From positions 186,001 to 250,000 of the forward strand of contig JBEWZL010000013.1 in NCBI GenBank assembly GCA_045837725.1: DNA of 64,000 nucleotides, given 5' to 3'. The notes below the pieces were generated by a model, which saw only the letters and a program-made list of their open reading frames with translations, had not been told where the DNA came from and did no database searches. The translations under genes were made by a program, and so were the position numbers. Of this stretch, positions 50,980 to 63,223 are shown piece by piece; within the stretch, counting starts at the first letter, position 1, and each line of letters begins with the position of its first letter. Source of the DNA: Vermamoeba vermiformis. Lineage: Eukaryota.

Positions 50980-52639
50980 TTATTTGAACTCTTTGATGAT
51001 ATTCTCAATGCGATGTCGATCGAGCAGTGAATTGTGTCGCGCTTCACTCACCAATTTGTTGTACAGCGTGATGAATGCGTCCTTCAAGTGCACCTCATCA
51101 ATCTCGGCGTTATCGTCATCTTTATCAGTGTTGTTGTTATTGTTGTTCTTGGTCTTATTCTTAGACTTGTTCGCTTTGTTCTCTTCGTCTCTCAGTTTTT
51201 TGTTGGCAATCACATCGCGTGTAGCTCTCAGACTGGCTTCATTCACCAGATTTTTCAAGTCTGCGCAGTTAAATCCTTGCGTCTAGTACTTGTGTTAATA
51301 AACACTCATAGTTTGTATTAACAAAAACTTACGAGAATGCTGAGCATTGAAATGAGACCTTTCTTCGCTAAATTCTCCACGCCCGGCTTGTCTTGCAAAT
51401 AAAACTTCAAAATTTGTTCTCGACTCGCTGCATTAGGCAAATCCATCTAATAGACCATAGTTAGTAAGTGCATTAACAGATACTTCAAGTATTGCTGTTG
51501 TTCTTACATTCACAATGCGGTCAAATCGTCCAGATCTGAGCAAGGCTGGATCGACATGATTCAAGTTGTTGGTGGCCGCTGTATGAAGTGTTAGCACCGC
51601 TGATTGAACACAATACTCATCGACAATAACATACCTAACACGAGCACGTTGTGGTTCTCCAACAGACCGTCCATGCACGTCAACAACTGTGACACGGTCT
51701 GCGTGTCTTTCATACCCAGCGGGTCCTTGCGACTGCCAATCGCGTCAATCTCGTCGATGAATAAGATGACTGTTTGGGGCTTGGCCTCGCTCTCTTTCTT
51801 GCCCGTCACTTTGTTCCACAGTCGCGAGAACATGCCGCCACCGCCGCTGCCTTGTGCGCGACTCTTAGCGTCGTCAAACAGATTGCGAATACGTTGGGCA
51901 CCACTGCAATAATATTAGCGCTATAATAATACTAACGAGACTCTTGACGTACCGGCCAACTAAGATCTCGTCAAATTGCGCGGCTGAGGCGTACAAGAAA
52001 GGCACTGTGAGTGATGGTGGCAATGATCTTGGCAAAGTACGTCTTGCCCGTGCCAGGAGGACCGTGCAACAAAATACTAATGAGAATTGAAGACTGGTTA
52101 GTTCAATGAAAACACCATCGATCAGATCGCGAATTAAGAATTACCCTCTAGGCATGGCAGAGCCGAACTTAGCGTACACTTCGGGGTACTTAAGCATATC
52201 AACAATCTCTTCAGCGTCCTTTGGTATTTCTGTTGGTACCATGACGAGTCAGTTTTATTTTTTGAAATCCGGTAAACTCAGCACAATTTTTCAAACTTCA
52301 ATATTATTTGAAGCAACAATACGTATTATTTGAGCGTTTGTCATAATATATAAATTAATAGAATTTAAAATTACCTCCGGCCCAGAGATCTGCAAAATCA
52401 ATAGATGGCTCAGCGCTCTTTTTCTCCTTTTCTTTAATAACGAATCGTTGATCATCAGCATTTAATGTGCGTTGATAAATCTTGGCCATAGCATAGACTA
52501 GCAATAAATAAAAGCCCGCAAGACCGAGGCCTTTGACGGCAGTACCCACGACCGAATCCTTGCTCGCGACCTCTTTGATACGTGAGGCGAGTGCTGAATT
52601 GAGCATAGGACGGTTTTTATCTGAGAGTACTATCTCCAT
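50980..52639 (-). CDS. Membrane-anchored FtsH-like AAA+ ATPase without the M41 protease domain
   Basis: N-terminal TM; [57 protein letters not shown]; AATNN...DPALLRSGRFDR; GFNCADLKNLVNEA; ends with no HEXXH. Confidence 0.85.
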
Positions 52640-52731
52640 TGTGTTCGTGTCCGTTGATTAAAAAATACATTTTGGATCGCGCAATTATTTGTCTTATTTC
52701 CAGATCGGAGCGCATATCGAATGCTTAGATC

Positions 52732-54414
52732 ATGAGTGACATAACACCTGCTAGACTACAAAAGGTATTGCAGCAATTGAAGAGCCAATCACCGCTTGCT
52801 GGAGCTAGCAAAACTGAGCAAATTAAGAATTCTTTGAAAGATGACACCAAGAAGTAAGAAAATTATTTTAATATAATAATCAATTATTATTGATAGTATT
52901 GTTATGAGATATTCTTCTAAATAATATATTTGAATTTTTGCAATAATTTATTTTGGCGCCGAATAAATTTCCAATTAATTTCTAATTAACACCATTACTA
53001 GCGCGAGTTTTGACTGCAGACCATGGGACTACTCGATGTTTTTGCGACGAGTGCGCACTTATCAAGTCATGACGTGGTTCGCCAAGCCCAAAAAAATTAA
53101 TCCCTTTGCCTGTGCTCGGTACTGCTACAACATACCCATATGATTAACCATACTAACGTATTGTCATATTGTAGCTTTGGTTGGATAAATTGTGACTTTG
53201 ACATGCTCGAATGTCCCTCGTGCAAACAGCGCCTCTTGTTCGCACCCTCTAAACAACTCACGCAACAGGGTCGTAAGTGCTGTGTTGTCACTGATTACAC
53301 TGCCCCATGTGCTAATAATACACAGTGGAGGACGCAGCAGCGGCATTCTTGACACAGCTCGAGACCTCGCACTCAGAATACTGCCCGTGGCGCAACAACC
53401 CGAGTCCGTCGCACTTCACACACTTGCCGTACGATCAGAGCAAAGTGCTGGACCAGTTCTCAGATAGATTCAAAACATTTCAAGCTGTCTCTCTGCCTGT
53501 GGTGAGTGTACAGACTGAAGAACGCGTTGTAAGTGATAGATAGATATTTATGACGTTAATGACCGATGACTCATCGAGTTCAACAGAAAACACTCATCGA
53601 TGACAAGTTAGATTTGCTAGTGGACGATAGGGGACACAAAGACGCTGTCAAGGTAATGTTAGTTGTCTGTAAACATACAGCCAACTAATGAGCTCATGAG
53701 CAGGCAGCATTCATCTTAGCCGTGTGTGGCTGGGAGTGCATGCAAGAACAAGAGCAGCACATCATTTACTGTTCGCAGTGTCAGCGCCAAGTAGCACTCA
53801 AACAATGCAATCAACTATTAGAGCACCAAGTCAACGAGGATGATGTAAATATGACAGTACGGCTTTTGAAAGAGAGTCAGCACGGTGCTGCTGAGAATGA
53901 TGATGCGCACCCATCGAGTCCAACACAATCACCGCACAGTCGCAAGAGAGATCGTGAGCCAACAGAGGGCGACAAAGACAGTGAACAGGGCGCTAGCAAA
54001 CGAGCAAGAATTGAGCCACAAGAAAGCAGTACCAACGGCGAACACAGCCACAACACCAGCACTGACAATGCTGGCACAACAGTTGAGCCCAGTGCTCCAT
54101 TCGACAGCACGAGCACGGCACAGCAACAGACTGCCTCGCCGTACAATTCACCCACCGCAACACTGGTGCGTGACAAGCCATTTGATCCGGTGAATGAACA
54201 CCGCTACTTCTGTCCGTGGATCAACAGCTACGAAGAGAGTGCGCAGACCAGTCTCGTTGCGTGGCAGAAAGGTCTCGTCGCACTGTTTTCATTGCCCGCT
54301 GCACCCACCGAACACGTCATTGCCGCGCCCAAATCATTCTCAGATTTTCAAACAATTTTGAATCGTATTCGCGCTGTGGTGCAAACACCGAACAAAAGTG
54401 TACATAAACTGTAA
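52732..54414 (+). CDS. ZC3HC1: NIPA/ZC3HC1 (Rsm1/Pml39-like) C3HC zinc-finger protein
   Basis: CRPWDYSMFLRRVRTYQVMTWFAKP...CAR-FGWINCDFDMLECPSC; HSEYCPWRNNPSP; LAVCGW...CSQCQR; FDPVNEHRYFCPW. Confidence 0.9.
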
Positions 54415-54452
54415 TATCTACTCTAGTTTACATCGATTAGTCACTTCTACAA

Positions 54453-55540
54453 TCACTTTCTCTTCATTGTGTGCAGGTAAGTGCATTGCTCGCCCTTGTT
54501 GCACATCTTCTGCAGCCAGTGAAAGCAGACCAACTCCTCGCGCACTTCAATGTCTGGCTGTTCCTCTTCATTCGCAGCATCCTGGGCATTATCTGGCTCA
54601 GCCTCCTCTTCAACCTCCTCTTCCTCGCCGTTCTCATTATTTTCACCTTCAGCGTCTTTCTTCGCAGGATACATGTTGTACCACGTCTTGCGGCCCAAAT
54701 GAGGGTTGGGTGCGTGCCAGGGCATGCCATCCTCGTCCAAATAAGGTAATATTTCAGACTCGTCAATAAATGTCGTGCGACCGTCTTCGATTCGATTCAA
54801 ATAAAATCTCGTTGGCTTCCTTTCAGTGGTCAGACCGAGCGCCAATACGGTGCCGAGGACTTGCTTCACGGTGGAATTGAACGTGGCAGATGTGGTCTTG
54901 TGATGAATTTGTTTGGCAATGCGCAATACGTTCTCTAAGGTGATGTCGCCTTTGTACTTGTCTACAAAGGGTCAGTTCAATTAACCAATAGAAGTGACAA
55001 TCGTTGTGTCACGTACATTGTTGCTTGGTCCATCGTCTGCGATTGATTTCATACCCTGCGCGCCACAGATTAGCAGAAATTAAATTGCGTGATTCGAAGT
55101 CCTTGATGGGTGCCGATGAGGCTCTAATCACCATCTGCGAGGTCGTGGGAGTGCATCGGCAGATGCACTCTCCGGATTTGTTGCCCTTCCACGTAAATGT
55201 TATATCAACTTTATAATCGCGCCACGGCATGGTAAAATCTGTCGTGTAAGTCGAAACTCCAGCTACTCCACCCTTTACTGGCTAAATTGAGATAAGAATA
55301 TTGCCCGAATTTATTAATTTCGCTACCAAAACTTACTGTGCCATTGATAGTTTTGGGCATTAATGATTTTATAAGATCAAATGCTGCACAACCAGTGGAC
55401 TTCGCTCTCCCTCCATACGCGCGGTGCGTAACTCGAAAAAAACGTCAATACTTTTAGTATTAACCACGCGCTAACTTACCACTGTGCTCCTCGAGCGTAG
55501 TTTGGTTACTATCGGCGCTTTGTTTTGGTTTGTACATCTC
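54453..55540 (-). CDS. Divergent uL11/RPL12-like protein fused to an acidic linker and C-terminal CCCH zinc finger; start uncertain (about 55540-55628)
   Basis: LRTAYGGRAKST; PWRDYKVDITFTW; CTPTTSQMVIRASSAPIKD; KYKGDITLENVLRIAKQIHHKTTSATFNSTVKQVLGTVLALG...LNRIEDG; terminal CFHWLQKMCNKGEQCTYLH. Confidence 0.75.
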
Positions 55541-55806
55541 TATTGCGTTGCCGTTGTGAGAATAAACGGAGCAGAAAAACTCGAGAATAAACCCACCGAC
55601 CGTCCCAACCTGTCAGTGTGTATCGCATTCTAAGAAAGATCTGGGTACAATGACGCCAAGATATTTAGCAAGGGGTATGTTCGAAACTTAGGTGGAAACA
55701 AACGACTTCCGGTTGTTCTGCCTCTTGGCGGTCAAAAAAATTAGTCGTGATTTCCCCATTGCCATAAAATCCACGAGCACAAAGCCCGATACATTTAAAT
55801 AATCGG

Positions 55807-57513
55807 ATGAAGCGCAAATCAGATAGCGAAGCCCCGAGCCACAACAAGAGGGCTCGTGTCAATAATAACAATGAAAGAATGCACGATCGCAACAAATACA
55901 AAGACAAGCCACCAGATTTTTTAGAATTGAGCCAGAAATACGAGTCATTTGCTCAATAGTAAGTCTGTTCGTGCCAATAACATCGCATTAATCGACCTCA
56001 GCGTAAAATATTCGAAAAAAGGAACGCCAACCATTGATTTTACGGATCCTTATGCGGCTAGGCACGTATTGAGCGATTAAATATTTTTTCTAGCATCTGT
56101 TAATTATTTTTTAAGGGAGTTGACGAAAGTACTCCTGGATCACGACTACGGCATTAAAATTGACTTGCCAATTGATCAACTATGCCCAACAGTACGTATT
56201 TCAGTCGATTATTTCTGATTAGATGTAGATAAATATATAAATAACAGGTAACATCAAGGTATGAAAATTCTTTGCGGAATCAAAGAGGAAGGTGATCTGA
56301 CTAGTTGAAGGACCAATTACATTCACTGGCTAGAGGATGTTCTCAAATATTCCGAGCCAGTCAATGAAAATGGTGTTGTAAGAGGCATTGACATGTAAGT
56401 TGTTGCATTTGTACGCTTTTATACGGCACTAATCTGCTGTCAAGTGGCACGGGTGCCTCATGCATTTATCCACTGCTGGGCGTTGCGATAAATAATTGGT
56501 CGTTTGTCGCTACAGGTACGTCAATGGATTACGCGCAGCAGTAACTTATAGTTGCATTCAGATATTGATGATAAGTCACTGGAACTGGCGCAGAAGAACA
56601 TTGAACTGAATCAATGGCAGCACAAGATTGAGCTGCGCAAGCCCACTGAAGACAACATATTGCTGACAGTAGTGCGCGACAATGAGTAGTAAGTGATGCG
56701 TGCGGATTAAAACAGAATTAACTCGTTTCACAGCTATGACTTTTGCATGTGCAATCCACCGTTCTTTGGCAGTGTCGAGGAGAAGGGTGAGAACCCTCAG
56801 ACAGTGTGCACGGCCACATCGAATGAGCTCGCTACTGAGGGCGGTGAATTGGAGTTTGTCGGACACATCATTCGCGACAGTCTGCAGCTGCGACATCAAG
56901 TGCGATGGTACAGCTCGATGATTGGTCGCAAAGTCAATGTCGCGCCACTGCTGAAACTGCTGCACGACAATCACATTCACAACATTCGTCAAACGACTTT
57001 CTATCAAGGCCGCACTACTCGTTGGGCTATTGCATGGTCATTCAGCAACGACGGATATTATCAAATACAAGTTAGTATTTGTTTGATATGCCCCTATAGC
57101 CTAGAATAACACCTTTTTGTTAGAGAGAAGCTCGCCGTGAGTTAAATACGACAAAGAAGTCAGTGGCGTTTATTCTGCATAATGCGCAAAGCAGCCAGGT
57201 ACAAAAGATCATTCAACAAGTGCTGGAGAATGAATCAGTGCCATACGAATACAATCAAGTACAATCTACATATTACATTGTTGTTGAAGGAGGTACTCCA
57301 TTAGCAGCCAGTTGGAACGAGTTCAACGGGGAGGACAAAAACCACCGCGAGGGGCAATTGATACTCAAAATGTCGCTACAGATACATCAATCGCAAGAAG
57401 ACCAGGTTATGGTGCTTAGTAAGCTAATGAATGGAGATCAATATTTGTACGTCATGTTCTTCGAGTACTTAGAGAGCATTTTTGATGCTGTACGCGATGT
57501 GGAGGACGAATAA
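55807..57513 (+). CDS. METTL16: METTL16/RlmF-family RNA m6A methyltransferase
   Basis: MHDRNKYKDKPPDFLELSQKY; LCPT-VTSR-TNYIHWLED; GIDIGTGASCIYPLLG; MCNPPFF; TEGGELEFV; WYSSMIG; QGRTTRWAIAWSF. Confidence 0.95.
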
Positions 57514-57937
57514 ATGTAATTTGTTTTGTTTAAGACCTACGCTTTAATAGCACCTTATAATCGCTTATTAAGATCATTATTCTAAACCTCGTTCTAATAT
57601 TAGGTTTATCAATTTTATTTTTCCCGCCTCCGAAAATAAAAGCGAAATTCAAATGTTTGTTCGCTATTTGAGGCCTGAAACATAATTGAAGGCGCTATTA
57701 TATTTGTACTTGCCGTAAGTAACAGAAATCTGAGGGTATTTACTGCGCGTCTGATCTTGGTTTCCGTTACACCGTTTACTCGAGATCTTCTTCAAATTAT
57801 TTGACTATATTGTTTAGTATTTTTTCTAATAATATTTTATGCAGTACAGGCTTTTGGAGGCTCTGAATAATGTGGATATGATAGCAATTTAGATGCATTA
57901 TTTTTTCAAAGCAAGACGAGTTATTTAAGCAATTTAA

Positions 57938-60532
57938 ATGACAGCAAGGCCACGTAGATCAACAGCGAACTATAATAATAATAACCCACTGGGCTTACCA
58001 GAGGATGCACCTAAACAGTGGACAGAACAAGAACTACAAACTTTCTTCAAAGGTCAGTCAGCATAATATTTTAATAGCATAATATCAATATGAACATGTT
58101 ATTAAATTACCGTTTATTGTAGAACTCGTAAAGCACGGCAAAACTTGGACACAAATTGCCGAGGCACTGCCAGCACGAACACCACTCGACATTGAGAACT
58201 TATATAAGAACCACGAGAACTTAATCAAGACACTACTAACACAACAAGCCAACTTACCACCGCCCGAGCCAAACGCGGATCCAACCCTTCCCGATCTGTC
58301 GGTATTCGTTGCCTCAGTACACGACCACTACAGCGCACTGTACAACATACAGCAGCGCAGCAGTGAGGCCGAGAACGAGTCACCAACGATCTTGGGCCGA
58401 ACTAAAGCGGTCAGCAGGACGGGCAGTGCAAAGAAGAAAACAGGCAAGAAAGACAGTCCCACCAAGGTACGTGCCACACCAGTCTTGTTGCGCACATTGT
58501 TAGGTCTGATGTCACGTGCACTGACTGCGCGCACTAGATCAAAAGGAGGTCGCGGAGGAAATTAGAATACGACGAGGACGAGGAAGCGAGTTCAGAGGAG
58601 AGCGACGAGTCACAGCCCACGGTGAGTAACGACACTGCGTGAGGACGAGCATTCACTACTAACGATGTGTTGACAGCCTGTGCGTCGTTCTGCACGTACT
58701 AAAGGACAAGCGTAAGTGAACAAATAATTCCACACCGCCATTGCACCAAGCTGACACGTGACAGGACCGACGATGTGGAAGGAGTGGAAGAATTGTTAGC
58801 CCTGGCACTGAGTGGTCACGGCGACAAGGCCGATGGTCAAGCCAACACTGGTCGCACTCGCAGTCAAAACAGTGCCGCACAAGACAAACTCCCGCCACGA
58901 CTGCGCAACAAATCAGCCAAAGATCAGAGTGCCAAGTCCACGAGTGCCATTCAGAGTCCTGCACGGTCAACTTCACCGACGAGAATCAGTGTGATTCGTG
59001 TGCCGGGCAGTGACAAGCTGCTCGAGGCACGGCTGAACAGTGCCCTCGCCAATCCCAAGTTCCGTCAGTGGTGTTTGTACGAGTTCTTTTACGCCACTAT
59101 TGATCAGGAGTTCTTTGCACAAAATGATTTCCAGCAGTGTCTCGACGGTCTGGGCTTGGCCTCTGTCACGCATTTGACTCGTCCCAAGTGGCGTTATGTG
59201 CGCAGTGTCATTGGCAAGCCACGTCGTGTGTCCCATGCATTTTTCATGGAAGAGCGCACCAATTTGAACGCTCATCGCATGGCACGACGAAGTTCTGAAG
59301 ACGAGCAAGAAAAAGATGAAGAGAACAAGAATGTTGAAGAGGACGAAGCGAGTCAAAGCAGCAAAGAAGAGCCCGCGTTGATTCCTGTGGGGTCACCAGT
59401 GTTGTGTACGTGCTCTTATTTACTTCAATTACCATGCTAACACTTCGCAGTCTATGACGAGGACAGCAAAGAATTGTTGCGCGGAGTAATCACTTCACCA
59501 CACTCCAACTGTTGTTATGACATTAAGCTGAGTACTGGTGAGACCAAGTCTGTTGAAGACATCTGGGTCATGGTACGGAGAATCACTCTTTGTCATGTGT
59601 ATTACGGTATATCTAAGACAAATTATTTTGCAGTCATACGAAGAAGTCAACGAAGCTAAGCGTAAATTCGACACAATATCGACTACGAATGTCAACAATG
59701 TGACAGCACGAGACGACAAAGAGGACTCGGACTATTCAACTTCAGAAAGACCGACTAAACGGCGGCGAGTGGAACCGATCAAAGGAGGTACGTGCCGTTG
59801 TGGTCGTTGACACCTTAGTTCATGACACTCTAACTAATCCTAACAGAACGTGTACCAAGCCCCGAACGAACAACACGCACCGCAGATCTGTCAGAACACG
59901 TCAAATTGAGCAAAGACAGCTTGCAGAAGGTTGCAGGATTGATTTGGCTGTTAGAAAAGAAGGACAGTCTGGTACTCGAACTGCGCGGCTTAAATGACGA
60001 AGCAGAACGACTGACACTCGCTGAAGAGGAGTTGAGTGAAGATTTCAGACACAAATACGCCACTGTAGTTGTCGCTATCAGTCAATTGAATGTCGAACTT
60101 GAAACAGCGCTCAATACCGTGCGCCAGATGAAAGAACAGTCGAAACAGAGCACAGGTCCCACACCAATCAATCGTGCGAGTTGGTGGACTGAATTGAATG
60201 CTGAGTGCAAGAACACTGCGCGCCTAGTAGTGCAGCGCATATTGGGTGACATGCCGTCAGATGAGGACAAGAAACACGTCACACTAGTCGAGCACAGCGT
60301 GGCCCTGCTACAGTACGTGGCACAGTGCACTGAGCTCGATCTGAATGACAACGAAGTGGCCCTAGCACTCAATGCAGCACTCACCGCACTTAGACCACGC
60401 ACCGTGACGAGCAACGACCTCACCGTGCAGAATCCAAATATGCGATTGTATGCTGAAATTGAAGCCGCGGTGAACGAATTGAAAAACAAAATGACGAAAT
60501 CGAGTGCGAATAATAACAAGGAAAGTAAATAG
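57938..60532 (+). CDS. LIN9: LIN9/ALWAYS EARLY (DREAM/MuvB subunit): Myb/SANT, DIRP, Tudor-like and coiled-coil domains
   Basis: QWTEQELQTFFK-ELVKHGKTWTQIAEAL; RQWCLYEFFYATIDQEFFAQNDFQQCL...LTRPKWRYVRSVIGKPRRVSHAFFMEER; FRHKYATVVVAISQLN. Confidence 0.9.
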
Positions 60533-60692
60533 CTAAAATAAATTGTAAATATCTTTTTGTACCACTCTGCCTGTGTTTATTCTGTGGCAATTGAACTGTT
60601 GGCATTTTGAATTCGAGCTCTTCGAATCCTTCACGGTGTCGCCAAACGAGTGCCTTATCGATCCAAGTCCTTTCACTTAACCCAAAGGTTTC

Positions 60693-63107
60693 TCACACGT
60701 TGAATTTATCAGCGATCCAACTGGGCCAAGCATTCACTGGCACATTCTCTTCCAATGCACGGTCGTACATGGCCGTGGCTGACAGTGATGTGCCGAGTGG
60801 TTGGCGCTGAATGCTCGCAGTTAATTTGCTGCCCAACACTAGCGAACAGAAGTAGTCTTTGCGAATAGCTTCAAGCTCATCAGCGAGCGACACTTGATTC
60901 AAACTCGATGCGCGCAGCTCTTGAAGGCGTGCACGGCGCAATTTGAACTGCCTGAGTGCATTGTCTACCTTCTCATTCATCTCTTCCAATTCACTCGCGC
61001 ACGTCGCTTGCACTCGTTGCAGTTCTTCAGCGAGAAATTCAGCTTGGGCCAAGTGTGCCTCTTGTGCTTCTTTCTGCGTGCGAATAGAGCGGCGCAGTTC
61101 AGCGATCAACACGCGCGGATCATCAGTGCTGCTGCGTGCCTCGCGTGCCTCTTTCAAGCTTTGCACTTCACCGTCCAAGCGCAGTGCTTCACTCGCAGCC
61201 ATTTCACTCTCTTGGCGCACCTCGCGCAGTTTGGCTTCACTGACGCGCAGCTCTTGATGCAACTGACTCATTTCGTGCTCGAGTTTAGTCTCTTGTTTGA
61301 ACAACTCGTCGAACTTTTGTTTCTGCTGCTGAATCTCTTGTTCGTAAATGTCCTGTGTGGTGGCGTAGAGCTGAATCTCGTGCTCTTGTTCATTCACTGC
61401 GTCATTCAGCGCAATCATCTCTGGATTCTGTGCCTCTGCTTCGCGTTCCAATCGTTCTTGTTCGCGGCGTTGTGCCTCGAGACTTGGCAACTCTTTTTTC
61501 AACTGCTCCAATAGCTGCTCTTTCTTCTTAATCTGCTCTTCACGTGTGTGCAACAGTTCAGTGCGCTCTTGTTCGATTTGTTCGCGTGTCTTGGGCTTGG
61601 TGACGATCACGGGCACTTCTTCACCACCCTCGCGCTGCTCACCGCGGTAGTCGTGAATGATCACTGGTGCAATGGAGTCGCGTCGCTCTTCATTAGTCTC
61701 GCGCACATTCATCTCCTGGCCCAACAGATTCAAGCTCTCAGGGAACATGTCTGCGCCCTTGTTGCGCTTCATGAAGCCGAAGAAGCCCTTCTTGTCCTTC
61801 TTCTTCTCTTTGCTGCTCGTGCTCGCACCGCTCGTGCTCTCCAACGAGTCCACACTGCTGCGCAATGACGTGTCCTGTGAGGCAGTGGTCAGTGTCTCGC
61901 TCTCTGCTTGTTCACGCAGCTCTCGCTCGCGGCGCTCTTGTTCGCGTCGTTCACGCTCTGCCTGTCGCTCTGCCTCGCGCTTCAATCGTTCTTCACGCTT
62001 CTTAGCGCGCTCTTGTTCACGAGCCTCGCGCTCTCGTCGCGCACTCTCGCTCTCACTCTCGCCCTCTTCACTCACTTCAGGCACTGCCTCTTCGTCGAGT
62101 GGGGCAGGTGCTGACTCCACACTCACGGGTTTGATCTGCGGTCGTTCCCAGTTCTTCTTCCACAGCAGCAGCGCATTCACCCAATGGCGCGCATCAGCTG
62201 CACTCTCAGCCTCCAAGTGCCACACGCGCGTGCTGGTCTCGATGTCAAATGACTGGCCCTCCATCACGCGTGCCCTGTCAAGTGTCAACACATCGCTTTG
62301 ACAGGTGTCACATGTCAGAGTGTCACTTACGTCGTCATCTGCGTGAGATCGATCGAGTTGATCGGTCGTTCATCGCCGTTCTCGTGATAATAGGCCAGGG
62401 AATTGCCGACCAGGCGAAAATATCTGCGACGCCACGACTTAAGGCCTTTCTCGCCTTGTTTTTTCAAGTAGCCCTTCATCTTGAACACCATGCGCGACTT
62501 GGAGGGTGAAGGTGGTGCGTCGAGCTTCGGATTGATATTTGACGGTGCACTGAGCACTGCAGGCTGAGGGTTGGATCCGCTGTCTGAGTGTCCATTCACC
62601 GCGCCGTTGTTCAGCTCTGCAGTGTCGAGTTGCATCGAGCTCCTCTTGCTCGTGTTCGCGCTGTTCGTAGCACTGTTGCTGGCACTGATATTCGCTTCAC
62701 TCGCTGCACGGCTCAGTGGAGGGACAACACGTGGTTCTGGGATCGGATCTGTGGCTTTGGGCTCGATAGGAATAGCTTGATTTATTTGCATTGGTGATGT
62801 TAGTGGCTAGTTCTTTGAATTTTACTAGTCCTGTCTTTATACGCACACTAAAATATTCAAAAAAATCTTGCATTAATAATTAATTAAATATACCAACAAT
62901 TAACACGGACCTAAATTCTTTGCATTTGTTATCATAATCGACATCAACAGGTGTTTGTGGTTTTTCTATTAATTGTTTCATGCGAATCTTCAACGATTGA
63001 AATAGAAGGGAAATCTGCGTTGCACTTTCCACAGTAAGCTCGGCATCGAGCAACTGTTCGACTTCAACCAATTCTTTAAATGCCTTATCTAGATCTGCTT
63101 TTGTCAT
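60693..63107 (-). CDS. PH domain plus long coiled-coil protein
   Basis: KMKGYLKKQGEKGLKSWRRRYFRLVGNSLAYY...FDIETSTRVWHLEAESAADARHWVNAL, then an E/R/Q-rich coiled coil. Confidence 0.85.
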
Positions 63108-63223
63108 GTTGTAAGTGTTGTGCTCATATTGAATGGTCAGTCACACTCAAATTTCATCGCGTTAATTGAAAATTTCTTTTTTGTACAAATTAGGCAAGTG
63201 TTTACAAGAGCAAGGGTGGCTCG

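Noticed and set aside
5641-55540. Treating pseudo-EF1A, truncated GCN2, RPL15 and the RPL12-like gene as one translation-control cluster
   Set aside because: They are spread over 50 kb among unrelated housekeeping genes in a eukaryote; proximity gives no evidence of a shared system.
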